This document shows positions 18,185 to 27,743 of a stretch of 64,000 bases of DNA, piece by piece. How positions within the stretch are numbered: position 1 is the stretch's first letter; each line of letters starts with the position of its first letter. A program made the translations under genes and the position numbers. The DNA is from an uncultured Chthoniobacteraceae bacterium (GTDB lineage Bacteria > Verrucomicrobiota > Verrucomicrobiia > Chthoniobacterales > DYNR01): assembly GCA_964595865.1 (NCBI GenBank), contig CAZQRL010000007.1:1853-65852 (forward strand), written 5' to 3'. The notes beneath the pieces were generated by a model. That model did no database searches, was not told the DNA's origin, and saw nothing but the letters and a program-made list of their open reading frames with translations.

Positions 18185-19225
18185 ATGAAAAAATACAAGT
18201 ATCACAGCGTTGGGGAGATCAAAGTTGGGGTAGTTGGGTATGGTGGGGCCTTCAATATGGGCCGTGCACATCTGCAGTGGATGTTGGAGGCGGGCATGAC
18301 CCCGGTGGCGGTGGCGGAGGTGGATCCGCAGCGCCTGCAAGTCGCCGAGCAGGACTTCCCGGGAATCGCCCGGTTCTCCTCCTTGGAAACGATGTTGACC
18401 AGATCGGACGTGGATTTGGTGGTGCTCATCACTCCGCACAACACCCATGCACCCTTGGCCTTGCAATGCCTGCGAGCCGGACGCCATGTGGTGGTGGAAA
18501 AACCGCTGGCGATAACCACGGCGGAGGTGGATCGCATGATCGCGGCAGCCAAGCGGGCTCGGGTAATGCTTTCGACCTTTCACAACCGGCACTGGGACGG
18601 CCGGATTTTGCAGGCCGTGGAGTTGGTGAAGCACAAGCGCGTTGTGGGCGAGGTGGTGCGCATCGAGTGTCACATGGCGAGTTACGGCCAGCCGGGGGAT
18701 TGGTGGCGAAGCAGCCGGAGCATTTCCGGAGGCATTCTCTACGATTGGGGTGTGCATTTGTTGGAGTATTCGCTGCAGCTGATCGAGGCTCCGGTCACCG
18801 AGGTGTCGGGGTTTAGCTACAGTGGCTTTTGGGGACCTCGGACGAAGTGGAAAGAGGATGCGAACGAAGATGAGGCCTTTGCGGTGGTGCGCTTTGGGAG
18901 CGGGCAGTGGCTGACGTTGGCGATGAGTCAGCTGGATTCCAAACCCAAGGAGGGCTGGCTGGAAATTACCGGGACTGAGGGCACACTGGTGCTCGAAGGA
19001 GGCGACTCCCACCTCCACACGGTCAATGGCCAGACGAAGTCCGTCACGCGCCTGCCAAATCCCCCGGATGAGACTCATCGGTATTATGAGAATGTGCGGG
19101 ATCATTTGCTGCATGGCGAACCGTTGGTGATCACGGCGGAGTGGTCGCGACGCCCGATTCACATTCTCGATTTGGCGGTTCGGAGTGCGCAGCAGGGGCG
19201 GGCTTTGCCTGCGAAGTATCCTTGA
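18185..19225 (+). CDS. Gfo/Idh/MocA-family NAD(P)-dependent oxidoreductase
   Basis: Start at ATG 18185: MKKYKYHSVGEIKVGVVGYGGAFNMGRAHL. Also DLVVLITPHNTHAPLALQCLRAGRHVVVEKPLA. Confidence 0.8.
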   Translation: MKKYKYHSVGEIKVGVVGYGGAFNMGRAHLQWMLEAGMTPVAVAEVDPQRLQVAEQDFPGIARFSSLETMLTRSDVDLVVLITPHNTHAPLALQCLRAGRHVVVEKPLAITTAEVDRMIAAAKRARVMLSTFHNRHWDGRILQAVELVKHKRVVGEVVRIECHMASYGQPGDWWRSSRSISGGILYDWGVHLLEYSLQLIEAPVTEVSGFSYSGFWGPRTKWKEDANEDEAFAVVRFGSGQWLTLAMSQLDSKPKEGWLEITGTEGTLVLEGGDSHLHTVNGQTKSVTRLPNPPDETHRYYENVRDHLLHGEPLVITAEWSRRPIHILDLAVRSAQQGRALPAKYP

Positions 19226-19290
19226 AGATCGAAGCGGCCGGTTTTCCAGAAAAACTGGACATTCCGTGTTGAAAGACTCAATTTGCGCAC

Positions 19291-19845
19291 GTGAAAGGGA
19301 TCGTCTTCACGAAATTCATTGAAATGGTGGAGCAGACCTTTTCGGTGGACTTGCTGGAGGAAATTCTTGAGGAGGCCGACCTCCCCTCCGGCGGGATCTA
19401 CACGGCGGTGGGAACCTACGATCACCAAGAGATGGTCTCGCTCCTGGTGCTGCTCTCCCAGAAAACAGGCACTCCGATTCCGGATTTGCTGCGTGCTTTT
19501 GGCCAGTATCTTTTCGGCCAATTTGCTCGGCTGTACCCAACCTTTTTTGTGGGGGTAAGCTCGGCGATAGATTTCGTGGCGCACATTGAAAGCGTCATCC
19601 ATGTCGAGGTGCGCAAACTTTATCCCGACGCCCAGCTCCCGCGCTTCCAAGTGCTCCACCACACGCCGGACTATCTGGAGATCATTTATCGTTCCGACCG
19701 CCATCTGGCCGATCTGGCGCACGGGCTCATCGAGTCCTGCGCGGCCTATTTTGGCGAAGGTGAGACGGTGCAGATCGAGCGGGAGGATTTGGCAGAGGAG
19801 GGACGGCCGACATGCTTCCGGCTGACGAGAAGGACCTTGGCCTAA
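19291..19845 (+). CDS. hnoX: H-NOX (heme nitric oxide/oxygen binding) sensor protein, GTG start
   Basis: [15 protein letters not shown]. The proximal-His region [19 protein letters not shown] closely parallels Shewanella/Vibrio H-NOX (IHDVIHLEVNKLY). Y-x-S-x-R heme-propionate motif present in IIYRSDRHL. Confidence 0.85.
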   Translation: MKGIVFTKFIEMVEQTFSVDLLEEILEEADLPSGGIYTAVGTYDHQEMVSLLVLLSQKTGTPIPDLLRAFGQYLFGQFARLYPTFFVGVSSAIDFVAHIESVIHVEVRKLYPDAQLPRFQVLHHTPDYLEIIYRSDRHLADLAHGLIESCAAYFGEGETVQIEREDLAEEGRPTCFRLTRRTLA

Positions 19846-21158
19846 AGCTGCAGCGGGCTCTGCGCCGGGCCGAGCGGGAGCGGGCGGCAAGGGAAGCTAC
19901 AGAGCAATTTCTCGAGCAAAAAAGTCTGGAATTGTATCGGGCCAACGAACGCTTGCGTGAGCAAGCTGAGCGCTTGGAGGAGACCGTGCAAGAGCGCACA
20001 GCGCAGCTGCAGGAAGCTTTGCGAGCCGCCGAAGCCGCCACGCGGGCCAAGAGTGAATTTCTGGCCACCATGAGCCATGAAATTCGCACCCCGCTCAATG
20101 GCATCATCGGCTTGGCGGAGTTGTTGGCCGGGGCGGAGCTGCCCACGGAAGCCCGCGACCAGGTCGCGCTCCTGCGACAGAGTGCTCAAACGCTTTTCAG
20201 CTTGGTAAGTGACATCCTGGATTTCTCCAAGATCGAGGCCGGTCACCTGCAGTTAGAGCCAGTGGACTTCGCGCCCGAGGCGGAGCTCACGGCGGTGGTA
20301 GCCACATTTGCCCCGGTGGCCGAAGCCAAAGGCGTGGCGCTGAAATTGGAGATGGAAAACCTCCCGGCCCAGTTGCACGGGGATAATCTCCGTTGGCGGC
20401 AGGTTTTGAATAATCTGGTCAATAACGCCGTGAAATTCACACCAGAGGGACGCGTGGTCATTCAAGCGAGCGGGCGCCCAGTGGAGAAAACGGGTTCGCA
20501 GCGGTATTGGCGGGTGGAGGTCGCGGTGCAGGACACGGGCATCGGCCTCTCGGCGGCGCAGCAGAAGATCCTCTTCCAACCCTTCACCCAGGCCGACAGT
20601 TCGACAACGCGGCGATATGGTGGCACCGGCCTGGGCCTGGCGATTTGTCGTCGGCTCGTAGAGGCCATGGGCGGGGAGATTGGGGTGCACTCCAGCGGCA
20701 CGGGCAGCACGTTTCGATTCCATGTCATTTTTCCGGAGTCCCAAACCGCGCCCAGCGCGGAAACTCCGCAACCCTCGGGCCTTCCGGCAAATCTTTCCAT
20801 TCTGCTCGTGGAGGACCATCCGATCAATCAGACAGTCGCCCTAGCCATGTTGCGGCGGTTGCATGTGCAGGCCGATTGTGCGGCCACGGGTCTCCACGCG
20901 GTCGAAATGGTCCGGCAGGGTCACTACGATTTGGTGCTAATGGACATGCAGCTTCCGGGCATTGATGGCAGGGAAGCCACGCGGCAAATTCGCGCCTCCG
21001 CTTTGCCGCGGCAACCCTACATTGTGGCTCTCACGGCGAATGCGTTTGTCAGCGACCGCGAAGCCTGTCTGGCTGCTGGAATGGATGACTTTATTTCCAA
21101 ACCCTTTCGCTTGGAGCAGTTGCAAGCCATCTTGGAGCGGGCCTCACGCCGGGGATAG
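19812..21158 (+). CDS. hybrid sensor histidine kinase (coiled coil, HisKA, HATPase_c, C-terminal receiver); no transmembrane segment
   Basis: H-box [22 protein letters not shown] boxes [25 protein letters not shown]. Receiver [11 protein letters not shown]...[14 protein letters not shown]...IVALTANA. Overlaps the H-NOX gene by 34 nt. Confidence 0.85.
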   Translation: MLPADEKDLGLKLQRALRRAERERAAREATEQFLEQKSLELYRANERLREQAERLEETVQERTAQLQEALRAAEAATRAKSEFLATMSHEIRTPLNGIIGLAELLAGAELPTEARDQVALLRQSAQTLFSLVSDILDFSKIEAGHLQLEPVDFAPEAELTAVVATFAPVAEAKGVALKLEMENLPAQLHGDNLRWRQVLNNLVNNAVKFTPEGRVVIQASGRPVEKTGSQRYWRVEVAVQDTGIGLSAAQQKILFQPFTQADSSTTRRYGGTGLGLAICRRLVEAMGGEIGVHSSGTGSTFRFHVIFPESQTAPSAETPQPSGLPANLSILLVEDHPINQTVALAMLRRLHVQADCAATGLHAVEMVRQGHYDLVLMDMQLPGIDGREATRQIRASALPRQPYIVALTANAFVSDREACLAAGMDDFISKPFRLEQLQAILERASRRG

Positions 21159-23648
21159 GGAGTGGCGAGCTTGCAAGGGGCCGCGGGTGACGCCGAGTTG
21201 TTGCCGCACACGCAAAATGCGCCAGATTTCCTCGCCGGAGATGGCTCCCGTGAGGAGTGCTTGGTAGGTGCGAAGGATCTCCCGCGAAGCGCCGAAGTCC
21301 TCCTCGAGCAATTCCACGCGAAAGTGTCGCACTCCCGCGGAGAGAAATTGCTCGTAAAAAACGGCACCTGATTGGGGCACGGCGTTGAAGAGCGTATTGC
21401 GGCAGCCGACATCTGCCCGGAGGGGATGTTCCTTGCCTACGCGGTCGCGCAAATGCACGCGGTGCTTCTCGCAGGGCCTCCCACAATCCGTGTAGTCTTT
21501 GCCCGAGGAGAGAAACGCCGCAAAAACGCAATGCTCCATGTGAAACATGGGCATGTGCTGATGCAAGGTGACCTCAAGACGTCCCGGAGGCAAAGAACGC
21601 GCCAACTGCACAACCTGCCCGGCCTCGAGATCGTAGGAAGCTGTCACCCGCTGGACCCCGTCGCGCAGAAAGATGGCCGCCGAGAGCGGGTTGGCGACAT
21701 TCAGAGAAAAATCTCCCAGCATGGGCAGCAAGGTGCGGGCGAAATACATCACGGCCCCGAGATTGCGCGCCAGCACGCCATCGGGTTGTGCGCGTTCGAT
21801 GAGTTTAAAAAAGCCCTCCTCCCCCGCTTTTTGGATGCGTGGGGTTCCGAGGAAAAACCGGGCCGAAGTGTGCTTCCGCCAGTATTGCAAAGCTGGCCCG
21901 TAGCGTCGCAAATCTTCGAAGTCGAGAAGGATCGTCTGCCGCCCCTCAGCCACCGCTGCGGCGATCTGTTCCTCGCTCCGGCAAAGCACAATCAGCTCCG
22001 GCTTGCTCGGGGCAGGTGGGCTGGGAAGGGTTCTGGCCGAGGCCAGCAGATTTTCCAAAGTGGTTTGCCCAGGCGGGAAGTGCCTGGGGCGCGCCAGCTC
22101 GAGTAATAGGGCTCTGCGGGTTTCATTGAGGATGCCCAACGGGAGGAAAACCGGGGACGGCAAATCGAGGGTGAGGGATTGCAGTCGGAAGGGAGTTTCC
22201 TCGAGTTTGCCAAAGACTTCGCGCAGTCGGGCTTCCTCGAGAGGTTGTCGAGCAGCGGGTGCGAGAGGCTGGCGGGAGAAAACCTCGATGGGAGGCACCG
22301 CAGGATCGGCTAAGCTGGCCCGCACGCGCAGGGGAGCTCCCGGAGATCCCGAGAGGTGGAGGGAGAGAGGAATTTTGCGTTCGGCATGTGTGGGAAGATG
22401 CCCGGCGCGGCGTTTGCGCAAGGTGCGATTGAGGTGCGGGTCATCCGTTTTCCACACCCGGGAACCCGGGGGAATTCGCCGGGGATCGAGGGTGCCGCGA
22501 CCAAAGCCTAATCGAACCCCGGTCACTTGGAAAATTCGCCCCCCTTGCTCGTTTTCCGTATCGCCGCCGGTATCAAACACCACGCCATCTCCCGGTGCCA
22601 AAGGGCCAAGTGCCGCTTGACCGGCCAGCGGTCTCAGTTCCGCCCAGTCATGGCCAACCCGCACGACTTCTCCGACCAGCGTGCCCCGCTTTTTGCCGAA
22701 ACGAGCCGCCACGAGCTTCTGGTGGTTGACTCCGTGCATCCAGCCCGAGAAGAGCCCCCGGGAGAAGGTCATTTGCATGGCATACCATTCCTCGGCGGAA
22801 GGTTCGTGCCGTTGTCCAGCCAAAGCGGCATCCAGAGCGCGCCGATAGACGGCAGTGATAGCTCCGACATATTCCGGGCTTTTGAGGCGTCCTTCGATTT
22901 TGAAACTGCGGACCCCTGCAGCCACCAGGGCTGGAATTTCTTCGACAGCCGCCAAATCTTGTGGCGAGAGCAAGTAGCGCCGATCGCCGAGGTCCACCGG
23001 ACGCCCATCCACGATCAACTCGTAGGGCATCCGGCAGGCTTGAGCACACTCGCCGCGGTTGGCACTGCGCTGCCCGAGAGCTTCGCTGGTCAGGCATTGG
23101 CCGCTGTAGGCCACACAGAGAGCCCCATGCACGAAGACTTCCAAAGGCAGAGCCGTGGGAAATTTTTTCAGCTCGCGCAGGGAACATTCTCTGGCCAGCA
23201 CGGCTTGAGAAATACCGAGTCGCTGCGCCCAGGCCAGGCCCTCGGGTGAAGTAATGGTCATCTGCGTGGAGGCGTGCAGCCGCAGACCGGGCAGGATTTG
23301 GGCTGCGGCCGCGACTAGCCCGACATCCTGCAAAATCACTGCATCCACGCCGCACTCGCGCATCCAACTCAGCTCCTCCAGAGCGCGGGATAACTCCTCG
23401 GGAAAGATGAGCACATTCAAGGTCACATAGCCCTTGGTGCCATGCGCATGCAGGAAGCGCATGAGCTCAGGCAACTCCTCACGTCGGAAGTTGTCCGCCC
23501 GGAGCCGGGCGTTAAATTCGGGCAGCCCGAAATAGACCGCATCCGCTCCTTCAGCCACTGCCGCCCGCACACACTCCCAGTTGCCAGCCGGAGCCAACAA
23601 CTCCGCCGCAGGGGCGGCAGCCGGTGCGGGATGGGTGGCGGGTTTCAT
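21144..23648 (-). CDS. peptidase U32-family protein (large form with C-terminal extension)
   Basis: ELLAPAGNWECVRAAVAEGADAVYFGL. U32 signature region LEVFVHGALCVAYSGQCLTSE...RSANRGECAQACR. 834 aa. Confidence 0.85.
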   Translation of the reverse strand: MKPATHPAPAAAPAAELLAPAGNWECVRAAVAEGADAVYFGLPEFNARLRADNFRREELPELMRFLHAHGTKGYVTLNVLIFPEELSRALEELSWMRECGVDAVILQDVGLVAAAAQILPGLRLHASTQMTITSPEGLAWAQRLGISQAVLARECSLRELKKFPTALPLEVFVHGALCVAYSGQCLTSEALGQRSANRGECAQACRMPYELIVDGRPVDLGDRRYLLSPQDLAAVEEIPALVAAGVRSFKIEGRLKSPEYVGAITAVYRRALDAALAGQRHEPSAEEWYAMQMTFSRGLFSGWMHGVNHQKLVAARFGKKRGTLVGEVVRVGHDWAELRPLAGQAALGPLAPGDGVVFDTGGDTENEQGGRIFQVTGVRLGFGRGTLDPRRIPPGSRVWKTDDPHLNRTLRKRRAGHLPTHAERKIPLSLHLSGSPGAPLRVRASLADPAVPPIEVFSRQPLAPAARQPLEEARLREVFGKLEETPFRLQSLTLDLPSPVFLPLGILNETRRALLLELARPRHFPPGQTTLENLLASARTLPSPPAPSKPELIVLCRSEEQIAAAVAEGRQTILLDFEDLRRYGPALQYWRKHTSARFFLGTPRIQKAGEEGFFKLIERAQPDGVLARNLGAVMYFARTLLPMLGDFSLNVANPLSAAIFLRDGVQRVTASYDLEAGQVVQLARSLPPGRLEVTLHQHMPMFHMEHCVFAAFLSSGKDYTDCGRPCEKHRVHLRDRVGKEHPLRADVGCRNTLFNAVPQSGAVFYEQFLSAGVRHFRVELLEEDFGASREILRTYQALLTGAISGEEIWRILRVRQQLGVTRGPLQARHSLSPA

Positions 23649-23714
23649 TCCGAGGAACTTTGCGCGGGTGCGGACTGACGGGAAGGCAAAACCCGTGTTG
23701 CCTCAAGTCAAAAA

Positions 23715-23726
23715 GACACCGGGGAG
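23715..23726. repeat. inverted copy (gacaccggggag) of a 12-nt core repeated twice downstream
   Basis: Its reverse complement, ctccccggtgtc, is identical to 23891-23902. Confidence 0.7.
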
Positions 23727-23828
23727 TAAGAAAGTAGGCAATACGTTAACTCATAACTCATAACACCGAGGGGCGGTGGCTTTCGCTCAAGAGCACTCTG
23801 CTCGTCTGCTTTTTTCCCTCATGGGGAA

Positions 23829-23847
23829 TGACCTCCCCCGGTGTCAT
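23829..23847. repeat. direct repeat copy 1: tgacctcccccggtgtcat
   Basis: Read directly. It differs from copy 2 by one extra C. Confidence 0.8.
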
Positions 23848-23886
23848 CCGTTATGCGGCAACGTGTCCATTCTGCCCCACCTCCTC

Positions 23887-23904
23887 TGACCTCCCCGGTG
23901 TCAT
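23887..23904. repeat. direct repeat copy 2: tgacctccccggtgtcat
   Basis: Read directly. Lies 58 nt downstream of copy 1, in the intergenic region between the U32 and GNAT genes. Confidence 0.8.
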
Positions 23905-24151
23905 TGCATTGGAATCAATCCGCCCCGCAGATATGATTTTTCTTTTCCGTTGACCTGCGAGGCAATTTTTCCAAGATGCCCCGGTCTTATGCTGACCTTA
24001 ACCTCATTTTTGCTCATCTCCGGACTGCTCCTGGGGGGAGTCTGGTGGACCTGTTCCCGGGATAAAAATCCCTCCGACGACTCGCAGCGCATGGACTAGT
24101 CGGCACGCCTCTTGCTCCCTCTCCACCGCGGCGCTGCGGTTCTGCGGTGAA

Positions 24152-24709
24152 ATGCAGTTCTCCGCCGCCATCCCACCACTTTCCCGCGTTATGATCGCCA
24201 AATCTTGGCTTCGCTTCGAATGGAATCTCGCCGGTGTCCCCACCGTAGAGGGAAATTCGCATGCTCCCTTGGCCATGTGCCCACCTCAAGTCGGTGAGGA
24301 GGCCGAAGTCCTCAACGTCATGGGCAAAGCCGCGGCTCTGGATTCCTCCCTCGGAGATGCGGGACGCAGCCTGCAGATTTACTTTACAGAACTGGCTCCT
24401 CGGCTTTGGAAAAACAAAAACCGGCAGATCCTCTCCATCTACCATGGCGAGCGCATGATCGGAGCCTCGGTTTTCCTTCCGGATGCCGAAGCTCCCTACC
24501 AACTGCTCTCCGGACCCTGTGTTCTCACGGAATACGGCGGTCGCGGTTTGGGGACCTGGCTTTTGCAAGAGACGCTTTTGCAACTGCGGGAGGCCGGCCT
24601 CTCGACCGCAGCTGGGGTTTGTAAAGAGTTCAGCACCCTGGCGAAATACATCTACCCCAAATTCGGTGGGGTCGGGCGGCCAGTGGAATTTTCGGTTCCT
24701 ACCGACTAA
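24152..24709 (+). CDS. GNAT-family N-acetyltransferase-like protein
   Basis: Motif A region CVLTEYGGRGLGTWLLQETLLQLREAGL. C-terminal YIYPKFGG. Lies 18 nt upstream of the NSS transporter gene. Confidence 0.55.
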   Translation: MQFSAAIPPLSRVMIAKSWLRFEWNLAGVPTVEGNSHAPLAMCPPQVGEEAEVLNVMGKAAALDSSLGDAGRSLQIYFTELAPRLWKNKNRQILSIYHGERMIGASVFLPDAEAPYQLLSGPCVLTEYGGRGLGTWLLQETLLQLREAGLSTAAGVCKEFSTLAKYIYPKFGGVGRPVEFSVPTD

Positions 24710-24727
24710 GAACAGCTACTTCTGCCC

Positions 24728-26455
24728 ATGAGCCGCACGCGCCACGAGAACTGGGGATCCAAATGGGGGGTCATTCTCGCGGTGGCTGGCAGCGCAGTCG
24801 GACTCGGCAACTTCCTGCGCTTTCCCGGGCAAGCCGCTCAGTATGGGGGTGGGGCCTTCATGATCGCCTACTTCCTAGCTCTGCTCATCATTGGGCTGCC
24901 CATCTGCTGGGCCGAGTGGGCCATGGGGCGCCGGGCGGGCCAGGAAGGTTTTCATTCCTGCCCGGGCATCTTCCATTTTTTCATTCGCCGACCGTGGGGA
25001 AAATACCTCGGCGCGATTGGGGTGGTCATCCCGGTGGTCATTTACATGTATTACGTGGTCATTGAGGCTTGGTGCTTGGGTTATGCCATCAATTTCCTCC
25101 GCCCCTCCGTTGATCTGGAGACTGCCAAAGAGGCCGGCGATTTTTTTACCCACTTTGTAGGCCTCGGAGCCAATGGTGCGGCATTTGTTTGGGGCTGGGA
25201 ACAAGTGGCTCCCTACCTGCTCTTTGCTTTCGTTCTCAACTTCGTGCTCATCTACCAAGGTATCTTGCGCGGAATCGAATGGTTTTGCCGTTACGCTATG
25301 CCCACCTTGGTCGTCCTCGCCCTCATCATCCTGCTCCGCGTCCTGACTTTAGGCACCCCGGATCCCCAGCTGCCTGATCGCTCGGTCAACAATGGCCTCG
25401 GCTTCATGTGGAACCCAACCAAGTTTGTCGTGGAGCAACGAGAGCCTTCCGGAGGGTGGAGCAAGGTTGAGGAAGTCGTCGGCTCCGGGCCGATCGCTGC
25501 CGCGAAGGAAAAAGCCGCCGCTTCCGGAGGAAACTTGCGCGTGGTGGAGATCGGTCTTTGGGAACAATTGCGCCGACCGCAACTCTGGCTGGCAGCCGCC
25601 GGACAGATTTTTTTCTCCCTGTCTGTTGGCTTCGGCATTATCCTCACCTACGCCAGCTATCTGCGCAAGTCGGATGATGTCGTCCTCAGCGGCATGGCCG
25701 CCACCAGCGCCAACGAGTTTTGCGAAGTCGGCCTGGGCGGTCTCATCACCCTTCCCGCTGGCGTGGCTTTTCTCGGGGTGGGCACTGTGGCCGGCATGTC
25801 CAGCACCTTTGGCCTCGGCTTCCACGTGCTGCCAATGGTTTTTTCCACCATGCCCTGGGGGCATCTCTTCGCGTTTCTTTTCTTTTTCCTCCTTTTCCTC
25901 GCCGCTGTTACCAGCTCCCTTTCCATGCTGCAGCCGGGAATCGCTTTTATCGAAGAAGCTCTCGGTGTCGGACGCCGCACCTCAGCCACCCTGCTCGGGC
26001 TGATTACCGCTCTTGGCACGGGCTTTGTTCTCTACTTCAGCCAAGACCTCAAAGCCCTCGATACCATGGATTTCTGGGTCGGCACCTTTCTCATTTACAT
26101 CCTCGCCACCTTGCAAATCCTCATTTTCGGCTGAGTCTGGGGAATCGAAAAAGGCCTTGAGGCTGCCAATAGCGGCTCCAGCATCCAAATCCCGCCCATT
26201 ATGGGACTCGTCATGAAATATCTCTCCCCGGCTTTTCTGCTGACTATCTTTGGCCTCTGGATGGCCATGGATGTTTTTGGTTGGCGTCCAGGCGGGGGTG
26301 AGCCCCGCCTCAGCAGCTACATCATAGACTTATTCGTCACTCCGAATCTCGTCGCCTGGCTTTCCGTGGGCTTCATCCTCACCATTTTGGCATTTGTCAT
26401 CCTGCTGCTCATGGCATCCCAACATTATCGCAAACCGCTGGAGGAAAAACTATGA
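24728..26455 (+). pseudogene. sodium-dependent NSS/SNF-family transporter, a single reading frame interrupted by one in-frame TGA at 26132-26134
   Basis: N-terminus [41 protein letters not shown] (NSS TM1 signature). ORFs 24728-26134 and 26201-26455 share a frame. Read through, the junction gives ILIFG*VWGIEKGLEAANSGSSIQIPPIMGLVMKYLSPAFLL. Confidence 0.75.
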
Positions 26456-26616
26456 CCTTAGCCGGTTGGTGGATCATGGCCATTTCTGTCGGAACGGTGG
26501 TGGCGGCCTTCCTCTGGTGTATCTGGATGGTTTTCCATACCTCTCGACGCCAGGAATCCTTGCACGGATTCGAAAAAGTGCCGCCCGATGTGGCCCAAGA
26601 TCAGCAGAATCGTTGA
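26452..26616 (+). CDS. small single-TM protein, candidate MetS-like NSS transporter small subunit (54 aa, below the ORF-track cutoff)
   Basis: ATG 26452-26454 overlaps the transporter stop (ATGA). Translation MTLAGWWIMAISVGTVVAAFLWCIWMVFHTSRRQESLHGFEKVPPDVAQDQQNR. One hydrophobic helix followed by a basic stretch. Confidence 0.45.
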   Translation: MTLAGWWIMAISVGTVVAAFLWCIWMVFHTSRRQESLHGFEKVPPDVAQDQQNR

Positions 26617-26637
26617 AACCGCCGCCTCTCGGCAAGC

Positions 26638-27261
26638 ATGGCACTCCTCCCTCTTCTCGTCAGCCTGCTTTTGCTGACGACTCTCCTCTGGAGCACCTGG
26701 ACCTACAACCGCCTGATCCGGGCTCGCAACCAACAGACCGAAGCCTGGTCCGGTATCGAAGTGCAACTCCGCAAACGCCATGACCTCGTTCCCGGCTTGG
26801 TCGCCACTGTGCGGGGCTACGCTGCCCACGAATCGAGCACCCTCTCCGCAGTCCTGCAAGCCCGCGCCCAAACCGAAACCAATCCCAATCGCACCGATGC
26901 AGCCGAACAAGCCCTCACCCATGGACTCCGCCAGCTCCTTGCCGTGGCCGAGGCCTATCCGGACCTGAAAGCAGGCGAAAACTTTCGCCAGCTTTTCTCA
27001 CAGCTCGTAGCCGTGGAGGACGATTTGCAATATGCCCGCCGCTACTTCAATGGCTCCGTGCGCGACTTTCGCAACCTCGCCCAGACCTTCCCCAATAACC
27101 TCATCGCCAAAATTTTCCATTTCCACCCCGCCGACTTTTTCGAAGTGGAGTCTGCGGTGGAACGCACGGCTCCACGGATTGGTTCCTCAGGTGCTGCAAG
27201 CAATATTACCGTTCCAATTCCTCAAGCACCCCCTGGCAAGCGAAAGGACGCAGAACGGTAA
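26638..27261 (+). CDS. lemA: LemA-family protein
   Basis: N-terminal TM helix, then YNRLIRARNQQTEAWSGIEVQLRKRHDLVPGLV...AEAYPDLKAGENFRQLFSQLVAVEDDLQYARRYFNGSVRDFRN. Confidence 0.85.
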   Translation: MALLPLLVSLLLLTTLLWSTWTYNRLIRARNQQTEAWSGIEVQLRKRHDLVPGLVATVRGYAAHESSTLSAVLQARAQTETNPNRTDAAEQALTHGLRQLLAVAEAYPDLKAGENFRQLFSQLVAVEDDLQYARRYFNGSVRDFRNLAQTFPNNLIAKIFHFHPADFFEVESAVERTAPRIGSSGAASNITVPIPQAPPGKRKDAER

Positions 27262-27743
27262 CCGCGCAAAAAGTTTGAAAAGGGTGAGGACAGGGAAAGC
27301 TTGGTAAAGTGGGAAAAGGTCGCGGGGGGGAGCGCGGATGTTCCGCGCAGGGGCGGCGGATCAGTCGCCAGCGGGGAGGACCCACACACACCGCAGCATC
27401 CACCCGCAAGATGATGTCCAATGCCGAAATCGCTTGGTTTCGCATGCTCGGCCCACCGCTCCATGCCCAGCAACTCCCCGAGCGCCTTGTCCTCGCCCCG
27501 GCGTCCCACAGCGCTCAAGCTCACCCCTCCGCTGCAAAAGCTGAAGACCAGCTGCGCCACCATGGCTTCCGGGGAAAACCCCCGGCTCTTGTCTTTGCGC
27601 GGGTCCAGCCACAAACACCCGCGCAACTTCTCCCAGAGCCCACACTCCCGCCAGAGCCCCCACGATGAGCTGCCCGCCGTGGGCCGTAGCGTTGCGCGCG
27701 TCTGCGAGCGTTTTTTCAATAGGTCGCGACTTTGTGGTGTCAC
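27222..27743 (-). pseudogene. IS1380-family transposase N-terminal remnant
   Basis: RGFSPEAMVAQLVFSFCSGGVSLSAVGRRGEDKALGELLGMERWAEHAKPSDF resembles the IS1380 N-terminal block (..ESDHVLNLAYN.LCGG..LEDLELLRNDE..LDALG..RIPDPTT.GDF). No DDE domain follows. Confidence 0.45.

Noticed and set aside
23989-24099. A 36-codon ORF encoding a single hydrophobic helix, in the U32/GNAT intergenic region.
   Set aside because: It has no recognisable ribosome-binding context or family signature and is too short to separate from chance. It is mentioned only within the intergenic-repeat finding.
26132-26134. The in-frame TGA in the NSS transporter read as selenocysteine, or as evidence of a reassigned genetic code.
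   Set aside because: The codon aligns with a conserved Trp, not a Cys/Sec site. I see no obvious stem-loop immediately downstream. TGA terminates many well-defined genes in this window (intI, menF, menD, recJ).
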